From assembly GCA_964414015.1 (NCBI GenBank), contig CAYPUE010000001.1, positions 8,893 through 72,892 on the forward strand: a stretch of 64,000 bases of DNA, given 5' to 3'. Below the pieces are notes generated by a model. It worked only from the letters and a program-made list of their open reading frames with translations, was not told the DNA's origin and ran no database searches. The stretch is from an uncultured Gammaproteobacteria bacterium (GTDB taxonomy: Bacteria > Patescibacteriota > Microgenomatia > Levybacterales > UBA12049). Of this stretch, positions 48,320 to 57,147 are shown piece by piece. Positions within the stretch are counted from its first letter, which is position 1. Every line of letters starts with the position of its first letter. The position numbers and the translations under genes were made by a program.

Positions 48320-48559
48320 ATGGATTATTTAACAAATTTTCCGGCCGTTCCTCCCATAGCATCTTTTATCCTCGTTTTATGGGGTATCGCATGGAAAGGA
48401 CTAGCCTTGTGGAAAGCAGCAAAACAAGATCAAAGAAATTGGTTTATAGCGATTCTTGTTCTTAATACTCTTGGGATTTTGGAAATTGTATACCTATTCA
48501 AATTCGCAAAAAAGAAAATGGAGCTTCAAGAGCTTAAATTTTGGCAACCAAAATCTTAA
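48320..48559 (+). CDS. Small membrane protein, DUF5652-like
   Basis: W...WKGLALWKAA...WF......NTLGILEIVY motif; start placed at ATG 48320 by promoter spacing. Confidence 0.75.
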   Translation: MDYLTNFPAVPPIASFILVLWGIAWKGLALWKAAKQDQRNWFIAILVLNTLGILEIVYLFKFAKKKMELQELKFWQPKS

Positions 48560-50883
48560 TTTTTCTTCTTCGTTAATATTGCCTGCAGTACGATAATAGT
48601 TAAAAGCCCAATTACTGCTCCGTAAATTCCCAGCCTAAAACTTAACGGATCATATATGAATTCTACATTGTGTTTTCCTTTTGGCAGAATTATGGCTTTA
48701 AAAGCGTAATTGGCTCTGTAAATCGGAGTATTGACTCCATCAACTAAAGCCTTCCATCCCGGATAAAAAGGATCCGAAAGAAATAATATAGAAGTAGACT
48801 TTGATAAAGTCGAGATACTTACTGTATTAAATTTATAGTTCAAAATTTTAGCCTCTGATAAATTGTCAAAATTATTAAAAGATAAAGGAGCATTGGGGTT
48901 GCTCTCTAAAACTACTTCTTGTTCCGAATTAAATTTATCATCGTAAATGGTATCAATAATCTCTTGGGGGTCTTTAACTACTTTGTATTTACCGACCAAG
49001 AAGGCACGAGGCAAAACCTTTGTGTTTTCGTAAAATTCGTATTTATCATCACTATAAATTAATTTAAATTGTCCGGTTGGATAAGTCCAAAATGGAAATG
49101 TCCAACCCATGTTATCATCTGCTCGTTTGTGAACAATGTACTTAACGTTTAAAATATTTATCGTCTTCGATGTATAAGTTCCGCTTTTTGCAAATACCAC
49201 AACCGATCTGCCAAGATCCCTAATCCTACTATCCTGCACCGAACTTATGAATTCCCCGTATCTTTTTACATACAAAGCATCGTAACCCTCCAAGGAAGGC
49301 AGATGATAATAAACAGCATCTTCTGCGCCAAAATTACCTATAACCCTTTCGTATCCGGCTATTTTGGAAAATGCAATATTGGTTGGGGTATTAAAAAAAA
49401 CCAGATTTTTGGGATCAAACGGCTGCCACTTCTTTGCAAACCGCAACATATCAAAAGACACAATAAGTATCAGCAATAAAGCAGCCACATTCACTAATTT
49501 TTTCTTTGCAAAAGATAAGACAAAAACTAGCGTAGTCCCTATGAAAATTAAAGAAGGCAGGATGAGATTGCTTCTTGCTATAAAAATTTTGTCTTGCGGA
49601 ATAAATTGTTTAGAAATAATAATTATCCATAACGCAACAAATATGCCGGCAAAACTTGCAATCCAAATCAATATTTTTCTGTATTTTTTATCTGCAATAT
49701 CAAAGAATAATTGGTCGAAACCGAACGCCGCAAGTAATGCAAATATAAAAGCGTAAAGCGATACAATTCTACTCGCAGAGCTTGTAGCAAGTACTGGAAT
49801 ACGAAGACCAATTAAAAGATCTAAAAGAGGACTATTTAAAGCCAATAGAAAAGCTAATACTCCAGATATGAACAAAAAAACTGCTTGAGTCTTTTTCTTA
49901 CTTGAAATACTATATAAAGCGAGAAATAACGGTAAAATACCTATGTATGCATTCCATTCCGCGTAATGCCCATACCAATCGTTTCGAGTAACCGGATTTC
50001 CGAAAAAGTCAGGCGCTAGCAACGTTGGAATATAAGCCCAAGGTATCGCTTCTCCTTTTTGAAAAACAGCGCTTCTAAAAGACTGTGAATGAAATTCTAT
50101 TGATGGTAATAATTGGGGTAAAGACAAAAGTATTCCGCACAACGTAAAAATGCCTAAATATAATAGGCCTCCTACATTTCTTGTTGATATAAATTTATAG
50201 ATAATATATGCGAAAACAAAGAGAAAAAAGTATAGGCTTATCTGAAAATGCCCGCTAAAAAAAGACAAAGGTATGGTTAACGAAAATAATAAGAGAAATC
50301 CAGGCCTGTTTGTTTGATAATATTTTTCTATGCCAAATATGGCAAGAGGTAAGAATAATATTGCGTATCCTAATGTCGCATAACCCATCCACGTGGTCAA
50401 AAATCCGCAAAACATAAAAGAAATTGCAGAAATAATGCTGGCGAATTTACTCCTATATAATGTTCTGGCTAAAAGATACATAAATATTCCAGCCATTAGA
50501 GGCTGCAACAGTACGAAAATACTCCATGCGTCAACAAAGGGAAGAATAAAAAATAGCAGATTAAAAGGTGAAAATACGCCAGATTGGTAATTTGCCAAAA
50601 GGGGCGTTCCGGAAAAACTATATGGATTCCAAAGAGGAATTTGCTTACTTTTCCAAGCTTCTATAGTTAAATGTTTCCACGGATATATTTGAGTGATAAC
50701 ATCCGGCATTGCTCCATTTTTAACCGGCCCCCAAAATTTTTCGTATGCATCCCATGGGGCAAAATTATTCATTTGATAGGTAGATGCATAAGGAGCTTTA
50801 CTATTTAGGAAATAAGGCGATGCAAAAATAAACCATACTCCAAAAATAAATAATATTGGCCAAAATCTACTTAGTATCTTCAT
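48556..50883 (-). CDS. YfhO-like GT-C membrane protein
   Basis: D...QIYPWK, PLWNPYSFSGTPLLANYQS, GHFQ, PDFFGNP, GYD.LY, LPRAF, YPGWKA.VDG. Confidence 0.82.
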   Translation of the reverse strand: MKILSRFWPILFIFGVWFIFASPYFLNSKAPYASTYQMNNFAPWDAYEKFWGPVKNGAMPDVITQIYPWKHLTIEAWKSKQIPLWNPYSFSGTPLLANYQSGVFSPFNLLFFILPFVDAWSIFVLLQPLMAGIFMYLLARTLYRSKFASIISAISFMFCGFLTTWMGYATLGYAILFLPLAIFGIEKYYQTNRPGFLLLFSLTIPLSFFSGHFQISLYFFLFVFAYIIYKFISTRNVGGLLYLGIFTLCGILLSLPQLLPSIEFHSQSFRSAVFQKGEAIPWAYIPTLLAPDFFGNPVTRNDWYGHYAEWNAYIGILPLFLALYSISSKKKTQAVFLFISGVLAFLLALNSPLLDLLIGLRIPVLATSSASRIVSLYAFIFALLAAFGFDQLFFDIADKKYRKILIWIASFAGIFVALWIIIISKQFIPQDKIFIARSNLILPSLIFIGTTLVFVLSFAKKKLVNVAALLLILIVSFDMLRFAKKWQPFDPKNLVFFNTPTNIAFSKIAGYERVIGNFGAEDAVYYHLPSLEGYDALYVKRYGEFISSVQDSRIRDLGRSVVVFAKSGTYTSKTINILNVKYIVHKRADDNMGWTFPFWTYPTGQFKLIYSDDKYEFYENTKVLPRAFLVGKYKVVKDPQEIIDTIYDDKFNSEQEVVLESNPNAPLSFNNFDNLSEAKILNYKFNTVSISTLSKSTSILFLSDPFYPGWKALVDGVNTPIYRANYAFKAIILPKGKHNVEFIYDPLSFRLGIYGAVIGLLTIIVLQAILTKKKN

Positions 50884-50885
50884 TT

Positions 50886-51659
50886 TTATTTCCTATCTCT
50901 TATTTCTTTCTGTTGTAGTTCCCACAATCTCGCATAGGTAATAAAGATGCTGAAAGATTGATATATACTCTCTATAATCCCCACAGTTCCTGCCTTCCAT
51001 CCTCCTTGCTTAACATAGGAATCAAAAAATGCAGTTGACATCACGCGCGGAAACCTCCACCATGAGATCTTGGGATGGTTAGCGGCTAATCGAAGCTTCG
51101 CTTCAACTTCTGACCACTCAATGGTTTTATTAAGCATCGCCGTAAGATCTCTATGTGAGTAATGCAACAGGGATCCATCCAATATTCCAACTTTGCCCTC
51201 AAAAATTGGGCTTTCATGAAGTTTGCCTTTCCAGCCTTTCAATTTATCTTTTCTAAAAAGCCTTTCTATTTTTTCTATAAAAGGCCACTCATTCTTTCTT
51301 GAAGAACCCAAATAAAAATTTTTCCTTTTAATTTTAAACGCAACTGCATCGTCATATTTGATATTTGATATTTTATATTTGATATTGCGAACAAGCTCGC
51401 TTGTGACGCGTTCATCTACATCTACATACAACACCCATTCGCTAGTTGATTTTTCTAAACCAAAATTTCTAAGAGCAGAAAAATTATCGGATTCCAATAT
51501 GTAAACTTTTGCACCCATATTTTTTGCTATATCCAAAGTTTTGTCCTTAGAACCTGCGTCAATCACGATAATTTCATCACAGAACGCAATCGAATTTAAG
51601 CAATCTTTAATTAAATTTTCTCCGTCTTTAACTATTACAATCGCAGAAATTTTACTCAT
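50886..51659 (-). CDS. GT2, KdtX/WaaE/LgtF-like
   Basis: CDEIIVID.GS.D.T, FS.LRN, VDVDER, RKNF, RLF, LHE. Confidence 0.88.
   Translation of the reverse strand: MSKISAIVIVKDGENLIKDCLNSIAFCDEIIVIDAGSKDKTLDIAKNMGAKVYILESDNFSALRNFGLEKSTSEWVLYVDVDERVTSELVRNIKYKISNIKYDDAVAFKIKRKNFYLGSSRKNEWPFIEKIERLFRKDKLKGWKGKLHESPIFEGKVGILDGSLLHYSHRDLTAMLNKTIEWSEVEAKLRLAANHPKISWWRFPRVMSTAFFDSYVKQGGWKAGTVGIIESIYQSFSIFITYARLWELQQKEIRDRK
51354..51387. repeat. In-frame heptamer array ATATTTG x5
   Basis: atatttg atatttg atatttt atatttg atattg; encodes NIKYKISNIKY. Confidence 0.8.
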
Positions 51660-52573
51660 ACCCTAAAACTTCCTTTCCCGAACTTACCCGTATAAAAGTC
51701 CCAAATTCCTCTTTTCTGCCAATATCTTCCTTTTAAAAACAATGATAATGATTCCTTGATAAGAGCTAGTTTTGATTTAAATGGAGCGTATTTTATTCCA
51801 AAGAGCATTCTATTGCGGGTTATATAATAATCCTGCAAATTTGACCCAGAGCCACCAGCTGACGCTGCATTTTTATGCCAAATTATTGCTTTTGGTGAAT
51901 AAATAATTTTGTAGCCTGCTTTCTTGGCTTTTTGACTAAAATCATTGTCTTCGTAATATAAAAAATATTTTTCATTAAACAGACCTATCTTTTTAAATAC
52001 TTCGCTTTTAACTAACATGCAGCAACCGGTAGCAAATTCCGTTTCTTCTTCTTTGTCGTATTGTCCTTTATCAACCTCATCAACACCTTTATGACGACCG
52101 ATTATATTTGCCCAATCCATTGTTCCGCCGGCATACCAAAAAACTTTTCCTTGATCTTCTTTTTTATACCTGTTTTTATGGAATTCATATCCCTTCGCGA
52201 AATAAATCTTTGGAACTACAATGCCGATATTTTCGTCTTTTTCCGCTGATTTTAAAAATTCTGCGATTAAATTCTTATCAACAATCGTATCGTTATTCAT
52301 AATAACAATAAAGCCTGCTCCATTTTCCAACGCATATTTTATCCCCATATTATTACCCTTAGAATAACCCAGATTTTCTTTATTGGCTATGATGGCAGCA
52401 TTTGGAAATTGTTTTTTAACAGCTGCTAATGAGCCATCTGTTGAGGCATTATCCACTACTATAATCTCAATCCTTGTATCTTTAGGAAGTAAGATATTTC
52501 CTATCGATTCTAGACACTCTAACGTATCTTCTTTGCCGTTATAGTTTAATATAACAAATGAAACTTTTTGCAT
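51656..52573 (-). CDS. GT2 glycosyltransferase (WbbL-like)
   Basis: LNYNG, VDNASTDGS, NLGY..GNN.G, MNND, TGCC, FLYYED.DF, RNR. Confidence 0.9.
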   Translation of the reverse strand: MQKVSFVILNYNGKEDTLECLESIGNILLPKDTRIEIIVVDNASTDGSLAAVKKQFPNAAIIANKENLGYSKGNNMGIKYALENGAGFIVIMNNDTIVDKNLIAEFLKSAEKDENIGIVVPKIYFAKGYEFHKNRYKKEDQGKVFWYAGGTMDWANIIGRHKGVDEVDKGQYDKEEETEFATGCCMLVKSEVFKKIGLFNEKYFLYYEDNDFSQKAKKAGYKIIYSPKAIIWHKNAASAGGSGSNLQDYYITRNRMLFGIKYAPFKSKLALIKESLSLFLKGRYWQKRGIWDFYTGKFGKGSFRV

Positions 52574-52575
52574 CT

Positions 52576-53502
52576 TTACCAGCCAAACCTATCAATGAGG
52601 ATAACTAATATTTTCTTAAACGGATTCTTAACTTGTTTTATGCGCTCTTTTGATGACCAAAATTGTATTTGTTGATGTGATTTGTCAAGTTCACTTCTTA
52701 CCTCATCCAAAAGCTTATCACTTGTAGGATCGCTGAATTTCTGCATCTCCCATATATTTGCAAAAACGATAAAATGATAAAAAGCCATTAGGATTGAAAG
52801 CATTAAACCATGAAAACCATCCTTATAGCCTTCTCTTGCGAAAAACCTGCTTAAAAATTCTCCAAGAGGAAACCTTATGGCATCACGCCAGTTAAAAACG
52901 TATCCGTTAGCAATCCTTTGTTCTGCTTCATTTGGCGCGTAAATATTTGCCATTTTAGATAAAAATTGCCTAATTGAATCATAGTTATAATGAACGATAT
53001 TATTATTTAAATAAGCTGTTTCCCCTTCTACTTTTATCATCTCGTGAACATGTTTTTCTTCAAATCTGCCTTTACTGTTTTTGAACAATCTAAGCTGATG
53101 GTCCGGATACCAACCCGTATGCTGCATCCATTTGCCGAAAATTATATTTTTTCTAGGAATCCAGTAGCCATTGATTGGTCTTTGGCCGTTGGTCTTTGGC
53201 CGTTGGTCTAGAATACTGACGATTTCTTTTTGTAGCTCGGGGGTCGCTCTTTCATCCGAATCCAAGTTTAAAATCCAATCATTCTTGGTTTTTGAAAAAC
53301 CAAAATTTTTGTTTATATTGAGCATTCTGTTATTTGGCCTAACAAAAACTTTCGATGTATATTTCTTTGCGATGTCTAAAGTTCTATCTGTTGATGAGTT
53401 ATCAACGAAAATAATCTCCTGTGCCCATTTAACAGATTCTAAGCAGTCCTTTATTTTATCTTCGCTATTGAAGGCTGATATAACAACCGAAAGTTTAACC
53501 AT
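52576..53502 (-). CDS. GT2, KdtX/WaaE/LgtF-like
   Basis: VDN.S.D.T, LDSDER, GYWIPRKN, WYPD..LRLF, VHE, GYKDG; ATG 53502 preferred. Confidence 0.88.
   Translation of the reverse strand: MVKLSVVISAFNSEDKIKDCLESVKWAQEIIFVDNSSTDRTLDIAKKYTSKVFVRPNNRMLNINKNFGFSKTKNDWILNLDSDERATPELQKEIVSILDQRPKTNGQRPINGYWIPRKNIIFGKWMQHTGWYPDHQLRLFKNSKGRFEEKHVHEMIKVEGETAYLNNNIVHYNYDSIRQFLSKMANIYAPNEAEQRIANGYVFNWRDAIRFPLGEFLSRFFAREGYKDGFHGLMLSILMAFYHFIVFANIWEMQKFSDPTSDKLLDEVRSELDKSHQQIQFWSSKERIKQVKNPFKKILVILIDRFGW
53174..53208. repeat. In-frame heptamer array NTTGGYC x5 with 14-bp super-period
   Basis: attggtc tttggcc gttggtc tttggcc gttggtc; encodes DQRPKTNGQRP. Confidence 0.85.
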
Positions 53503-53503
53503 A

Positions 53504-54958
53504 TTATTTCGCAATATTCTTTTTAATAAGAGCTATATCTGAAAGAATTTGGCGCTTTCCTATTAAAAAAGCTATACCAAAATATAGTATAGCACCAAAA
53601 ATAATTATGGCTATGAGCGAAGAAATATTCAGCATAATGTTTTTGCTTAAAAAATAAATGATTAATCCCATAATTGAAGAAGCAACAACAGGCTGCTGTA
53701 TTGAGGCAAGCACATTGAAATCTACATCTCTTTTTACTATATAGACAACTAAGATTACCGAAAAAGCTATTAATGCCGAAGCTACGGAAACACCGTTAAA
53801 GCCTAAGAAAAATATCAGAACAGGAGTCAGCATCCATGTAGCCACTGTCCAAAATATCATTAAATAAAGGGTGATTTTTATTTTACCTATCGCATTTAAG
53901 GCATTCGTAAGAGGAGTCGAGATAGACGAAAACAAAGCATTCAAGGCGAAAAAAGAAATAGAAAAAATAGCCGGTTCCCATTTCACATATTTTGGTATGA
54001 TGTGGATAAAATAAGGAGCTAGAATTACCAAACCAACGAGAGAAGGAAAAATAAAAAACGATGCCGCGAAGATTGATTTCTCAATCGCTTTCTTCAAAAT
54101 CTCTTTTTCCGTCTGCAGTCTGGAAAAAGAAGGAAAAGTAACCCTGATAATATTGTCCATTACCAATCGGAGCGGCATAAATGCCCATTTCTGCGCAAAC
54201 CCTATGTATCCGACTTGAGCAAGAGGCAAAACTTTACCAAGATAAGCTATCAGCAAATCGTCTTTTATTAACGCCAAAAAACTGTTGGTTTGGAAAGGCA
54301 CACCAAAAGATAAAAGTTTCTTTGCTATCTGTCTGGAAAATCCAAGTTCTATTTTCCAAGGTCTAATAATATAAATGGCGATAAGACCCGATATTCCCCT
54401 TGCCAAAACTGCTATTGTAAAAGTTGTAATCCCAAATCCTTTAATTGCCAGCACAACTGCCGTCAGACTAAAAAACAAGGTTTCGACGATTTGCGGTATG
54501 ACTAATTTTTCAAAACGCAGTTCTCTTTCCAGTAAAATCGAGGGTATGGTTTTAAGGGACGATAGGAAAAAAGCTATTATTAAAGCTTGAAACAATAACG
54601 TTCCTTCTCTATTTAAATTGTAAAAAGAAGAAAGACTGCTCGTTAAAAGCAACGCAATCACGGAAATTATTATGACTAATGCCTGCTGAATGGTAAATGT
54701 TGTACGCAGATCGTCTTGGGTAATAGGCTCTTTTTTCTGAATAAGCGCTGCTGCTAAACCGATGTCGGAAAAGTAGGCAAGAAACGCGATGGCTGCGGAA
54801 ACTACGAAAAACACCCCAAAGACTGAAGGTGATAAATAAATTGTCAATAGCAAATTAGACGAAAAATTTATTAGCTGTATGACAAAAGATCTGGAAGACA
54901 AAGCCAAAATCCCCTTAATTGATCTTTTTGTAACTGACGCTATGTCAATTTCTTCCAT
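53504..54958 (-). CDS. wzx: Wzx/WzxC-like flippase (MOP superfamily)
   Basis: L.P..FG, FSDIGL.AALIQ, LER.L.F, FG, VG...FA, FP.FSRLQ; about 12-14 TM helices. Confidence 0.88.
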   Translation of the reverse strand: MEEIDIASVTKRSIKGILALSSRSFVIQLINFSSNLLLTIYLSPSVFGVFFVVSAAIAFLAYFSDIGLAAALIQKKEPITQDDLRTTFTIQQALVIIISVIALLLTSSLSSFYNLNREGTLLFQALIIAFFLSSLKTIPSILLERELRFEKLVIPQIVETLFFSLTAVVLAIKGFGITTFTIAVLARGISGLIAIYIIRPWKIELGFSRQIAKKLLSFGVPFQTNSFLALIKDDLLIAYLGKVLPLAQVGYIGFAQKWAFMPLRLVMDNIIRVTFPSFSRLQTEKEILKKAIEKSIFAASFFIFPSLVGLVILAPYFIHIIPKYVKWEPAIFSISFFALNALFSSISTPLTNALNAIGKIKITLYLMIFWTVATWMLTPVLIFFLGFNGVSVASALIAFSVILVVYIVKRDVDFNVLASIQQPVVASSIMGLIIYFLSKNIMLNISSLIAIIIFGAILYFGIAFLIGKRQILSDIALIKKNIAK

Positions 54959-55658
54959 AATTTATATCTCTCCATAAGGCAAAACTTTCCCGTATTGCTC
55001 TAATTATAACTCTTAAATTCCCCCCGCTTTGATTACCATATTGACGCTTGTAATGATTAACCTCAACTTGTGTAATTTTCAAATTTTTCTTCTTAGCTTT
55101 GGCAAAAATCTCCGTGGTTATCATCGCCCCTTCTGATTTAAAAGGCATAATCTTACGAAGAGCGCTTTTCTTGAACATTTTAAACCCACAATCAATATCC
55201 CTGTAATAAAAACCGAAAAAGATGAAATCCCAAATTTTCAAAAGATTCATTAACAGATGTCTAAAAGGATGATCTAGACGTTTTTTCCTGTATCCAACCA
55301 CCATATCTGAATTGCTGATTTTATCTATAAATTTTGACACTTCTCTAAAATCAAATTGGCCGTCTCCATCATTAAAAACAACCAAACTGTATCTTGCGTT
55401 GTTAAATCCTTCTTTTAATGCCGCTCCATATCCTCTATTTGGCTTGTGGGACACGACTCTAAGCCTTGGGTCTTCTTTTGTGAGTCTTTTTGCGATTGCC
55501 AAAGTGCTATCCGATGAACCGTCATCCACCATGATTATCTCCCATTTATCAGCTACTTTTTGAGCCACAGGAATTACATTCTTTACAACCTTTTCTATAT
55601 TCTTTTCTTCATTCCAAAAAGGAAAAAAAATTGACAGCGCGGGAACTTTTTTACTCAT
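54945..55658 (-). CDS. GT2, DPM1-like polyprenol-phosphate sugar synthase
   Basis: P.WNEE, VDDGSSD, NRGYGAAL..G, DGDGQFD, GYR..R.D, DIDCGFK; ATG 55658 preferred. Confidence 0.9.
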   Translation of the reverse strand: MSKKVPALSIFFPFWNEEKNIEKVVKNVIPVAQKVADKWEIIMVDDGSSDSTLAIAKRLTKEDPRLRVVSHKPNRGYGAALKEGFNNARYSLVVFNDGDGQFDFREVSKFIDKISNSDMVVGYRKKRLDHPFRHLLMNLLKIWDFIFFGFYYRDIDCGFKMFKKSALRKIMPFKSEGAMITTEIFAKAKKKNLKITQVEVNHYKRQYGNQSGGNLRVIIRAIRESFALWRDINYGRN

Positions 55659-57147
55659 ATCGTAATTTTCTATTCGCAAAAGAGATTATACCAATAATCA
55701 AAGCTAAAATGCCAATAAAAGAAGCTATATTTGAAGTCTTTTCCAGCGTAGTTTCTTTAAACGGAATAGGGTCTTTCGAGACTTCTTTTTCCGATTTGGG
55801 TTTTGTAAAATTAGAAGGTAAATATTCGTCCGAAATTTTGGACGCTGTCCATTTAAGAGCTTTCTCATTTGTAAAATCGCTTGCAGTTGACGGAAAAATT
55901 GTTTGAGGAACGAAAAACTTGAGATTAAAAAATAAAAGAAAAAATACCAGCAGAAATGCTACGAGATAAGGTTTTATTTTGAATTCAGATGAAAGAGGAA
56001 TAATTGCTCCGGAAAGTATCGAAGAAAAAAATGAAGCCATGATTAAAAATCTCCACGGATATTGAAAAAAAGACATAACTGAAATTGTTTCCCATAAAAA
56101 TTTCGAGATGTTAAGCATTAGAAAAACAGCAATAATAAAACCCGCAAGGCTGAAAATAGTTAAATAATATATACCCGCCTTGCGGCGAGGCAGGTTATTG
56201 AAGTATTTGCGTTTGGCTCTTAGATAAATCAAAATGGGAATTATGGATAATACAGAAAGAATGTGCAACTTGCCTATCATAAAAGACATTCCGTCAATAC
56301 AGTTTTTTGCGGAACCGCCAAATCCCCAAGGACTTGTCCAGAGTTGCTCAAAACAAACAAAATGATCTCGGAAATCCGCTCCTCCGCCGATTTGCGATAA
56401 AACATTAGTATATTTCATTTCCGAAAGCGCCGGCAGCCAATAGAAAGCGGAAAGAACTAAACCCAAGATGACAGTAAGTAGCAAGTAGCATGTAGTACGT
56501 AGACGAGTTTCTTTTCTTGATAAAATAATAAACAACAAGCAGACAATAAGCAAAAACGGCGTTACCATCAGAGCAGTTAAATTGTGAGAAAGAATAACTC
56601 CGGCAAATCCCAAAGCGCCAACAGCTACATATTTCCATTTGGGATTTTTATAAACTTTGATTAATCCGTAAAAAGACAGAGGAATAAAAGCATAAGCCCA
56701 AAATTCTGCCACATCTCCACGTACATAGATATCAACAGCATGGTATGGAGCATAAGCGTAAAATAAACCTGAAACTATCCCGCCCAATTCTCCGAAAAAA
56801 TTCCTGGCTAAAAGATACATAAAAACCCCACTCAAAATAACTCCCAATGCCATCATTATTTTTGTAGCTAAAAGTGCATCAAATCCCAATAATGTAAATA
56901 TTCCGCCAGCGTAATAAGCTAAAGGAGCGTAAAAATTAAAAATCGGATATCCATATCCATAACCTAAGTCCGGAACCCACCTAACGGGAAACATTCCGCT
57001 TTGGAGCATTTTTCCCATCTCAAAAACTCTGGCAACTTGAGTATTGTCATGCATTGGGAAAAACCCGGAAACAAATAAAGGCTTTATCGCCCAGAAAGAT
57101 AAAACCAAAACTAAAATCAATCTATAATGTTTTTTAAGAAAATTCAT
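55651..57147 (-). CDS. GT-C membrane protein ('PTPS-related' subfamily; short C-terminal domain)
   Basis: MHD..Q.AR, FPVRW, GYGYP.FNFY, YVRG..AE, SHN, YWLPA, FQYPWRF, EYLP. Confidence 0.8.
   Translation of the reverse strand: MNFLKKHYRLILVLVLSFWAIKPLFVSGFFPMHDNTQVARVFEMGKMLQSGMFPVRWVPDLGYGYGYPIFNFYAPLAYYAGGIFTLLGFDALLATKIMMALGVILSGVFMYLLARNFFGELGGIVSGLFYAYAPYHAVDIYVRGDVAEFWAYAFIPLSFYGLIKVYKNPKWKYVAVGALGFAGVILSHNLTALMVTPFLLIVCLLFIILSRKETRLRTTCYLLLTVILGLVLSAFYWLPALSEMKYTNVLSQIGGGADFRDHFVCFEQLWTSPWGFGGSAKNCIDGMSFMIGKLHILSVLSIIPILIYLRAKRKYFNNLPRRKAGIYYLTIFSLAGFIIAVFLMLNISKFLWETISVMSFFQYPWRFLIMASFFSSILSGAIIPLSSEFKIKPYLVAFLLVFFLLFFNLKFFVPQTIFPSTASDFTNEKALKWTASKISDEYLPSNFTKPKSEKEVSKDPIPFKETTLEKTSNIASFIGILALIIGIISFANRKLRYE
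56173..56195. repeat. GC-rich palindrome inside the CDS (REP-like)
   Basis: Coding strand ACCTGCCT-cgccgca-AGGCGGGT (8-bp stem, one G-U pair); encodes LPRRKAG. Confidence 0.55.
56473..56502. repeat. In-frame heptamer array AGYAHGT x4
   Basis: agtaagt agcaagt agcatgt agtacgt ag; encodes LRTTCYLLLT. Confidence 0.7.
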
